Of a stretch of 64,000 bases of DNA, positions 62,969 to 64,000 are shown one piece after another. The notes under the pieces were generated by a model. That model was not told where the DNA came from. It did no database searches and saw nothing but the letters and a program-made list of their open reading frames with translations. The translations under genes were made by a program, and so were the position numbers. Source of the DNA: Terriglobia bacterium (GTDB lineage Bacteria; Acidobacteriota; Terriglobia; JAJPHL01; JAPKYU01). Each line of letters begins with the position of its first letter. Position 1 is the stretch's first letter. The DNA lies in assembly GCA_965206645.1 (NCBI GenBank), contig CBDBKE010000004.1:1920001-1984000 (forward strand). The letters are read 5' to 3'.

Positions 62969-63784
62969 CTACTGGCCGAACCGGTAGATGATTGCCCAGC
63001 GTACGATTCCAAGCTTGTTCTCAACATTGTAAGAGCACGGCCTTCGAGGGTTCCCCGGACCGCACCGGTTATTTCCGGAACGATTCACTTTATGCGTACC
63101 CCGCCCGAAATCCAGATACGAGCCTTCGAATCGCAGGCTCCAGGCAGCGGTCAGCGGAATTTCGATCCCACCCCCGATCACCCAGCCGATCTCCGTCGAG
63201 CTGTCGTGAAAGGAATCGTCAGGATCCACCTCTGGCGGCATGCCTGGGGAGAAGTCGATGTCCGTTACCGAATTGGCGATTCTGGCGGTTGCCAATCCCC
63301 CGGTGGCAAATACCCTTGCACCTTCGATGGACTGTTCAATCCCGGCGCGCACCGTGGTGATCCATCGAAACCTTGCTTCCGCAGTCTCGTCCAGACCGAC
63401 GGGGTCGAGCTGTCTCGTTTTCGCCGACAGGTCACCGAATGTCCCGTCCAACTCGATCCTGAGCGGAGCGCCGCCGAGGGTGAACTTCTTCCCGATCAAT
63501 CCCCCGCCGACAACCCCCGTATTGCCGTAATCGAATATCGAACCGGGATGACCCCAGTTCGCAAAGCCATCGACATCGACGATCCGGTTGGCGATGCGCC
63601 AGACGCCGCCTAAGCCACCCGCATAAGTTTCTGCCCATTTCAGAGTGGCCTCGTTGCTCTGGGCGCTCGCCGGAGTGCCGTTTGCGAGCATGAAAAGGAG
63701 CGGCAGCACCACAAACACGTGACGCCATTCGGAGCCGCGACTGGAGGACGGTCGAGGGTTTCTTTCTAGGGTTTTCTTGATCAT
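62969..63784 (-). CDS. Outer-membrane beta-barrel protein (Omp25/Omp31-like)
   Basis: Signal peptide; YAGGLGG, TVRAGI, GWVIGGGIE..WSLRFEGSYLDFG, terminal YRF. Confidence 0.8.
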   Translation of the reverse strand: MIKKTLERNPRPSSSRGSEWRHVFVVLPLLFMLANGTPASAQSNEATLKWAETYAGGLGGVWRIANRIVDVDGFANWGHPGSIFDYGNTGVVGGGLIGKKFTLGGAPLRIELDGTFGDLSAKTRQLDPVGLDETAEARFRWITTVRAGIEQSIEGARVFATGGLATARIANSVTDIDFSPGMPPEVDPDDSFHDSSTEIGWVIGGGIEIPLTAAWSLRFEGSYLDFGRGTHKVNRSGNNRCGPGNPRRPCSYNVENKLGIVRWAIIYRFGQ

Positions 63785-63853
63785 GTAACATTCTTTCTGT
63801 AATTTGTCTGGGAAACAGGTTTCTCCGTAACACTCGAATCCTTCAGATACTAG

Positions 63854-64000
63854 CCCGGATTTCCTTTATGAACTATCGGCGGCAACCTTCTGAATGACTC
63901 CAACGTCAGTATTGATGCGGGTTCCAGCATCAACATTGCCTTCCGGAGGTGTACACCGAATGGGTGAGAGCCAAAAACAGGCGTTTCAACTGTCATTCAA
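63854..64000 (+). mobile_element. IS1380 copy e, left end (runs off window)
   Basis: Matches 32891 onward; transposase ATG at 63960. Confidence 0.9.

Noticed and set aside
1-64000. CRISPR array, cas genes, reverse transcriptase/retron/DGR, rRNA
   Set aside because: No regularly spaced repeats with unique spacers, no RT or Cas motifs and no rRNA-like sequence seen.

Overview
GC-rich bacterial DNA, most likely Acidobacteriota (Bryobacterales/Solibacter-like). This is inferred from three large secreted proteins with the Solibacter-type C-terminal domain (TIGR03437-like) and a DUF1501/PSD1 pair. About a quarter of the window (roughly 16-17 kb by my coordinate count) is insertion sequence (IS1380, two IS3 types, IS30, IS5/IS903 group), often nested, with many broken host genes. 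1-9.8 kb: fragmented ABC substrate-binding gene, Asp/Glu-racemase-family isomerase, truncated amidohydrolase, attC-like sites, gluconolactonase, cupin and REP-like hairpins. 11.4-30 kb: secreted beta-propeller/Ig-like proteins, queF, PIG-L deacetylase, IS-split methyltransferase and S41 protease. 32.9-41.6 kb: an apparent ISEcp1-style one-ended IS1380 transposition unit of 8.7 kb (ATGAC target duplication) carrying GATase, DUF1501 and PSD1 genes. 42-63 kb: decayed tandem integrative elements at a 5'-half tRNA-Val att site. They carry a frameshifted type I R-M operon with an embedded intact HEPN (TIGR02391-like) gene, VirD4/VirB11 remnants, xis-int, higBA, and an intact four-gene module (nucleotidyltransferase-like DUF6932, HTH-ImmA/IrrE peptidase, P4-beta-family protein, convergent sce7726-like PD-(D/E)xK protein). 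That module is the best candidate for an uncharacterised defence system. All family assignments are from motif recognition by eye; no database searches were run.
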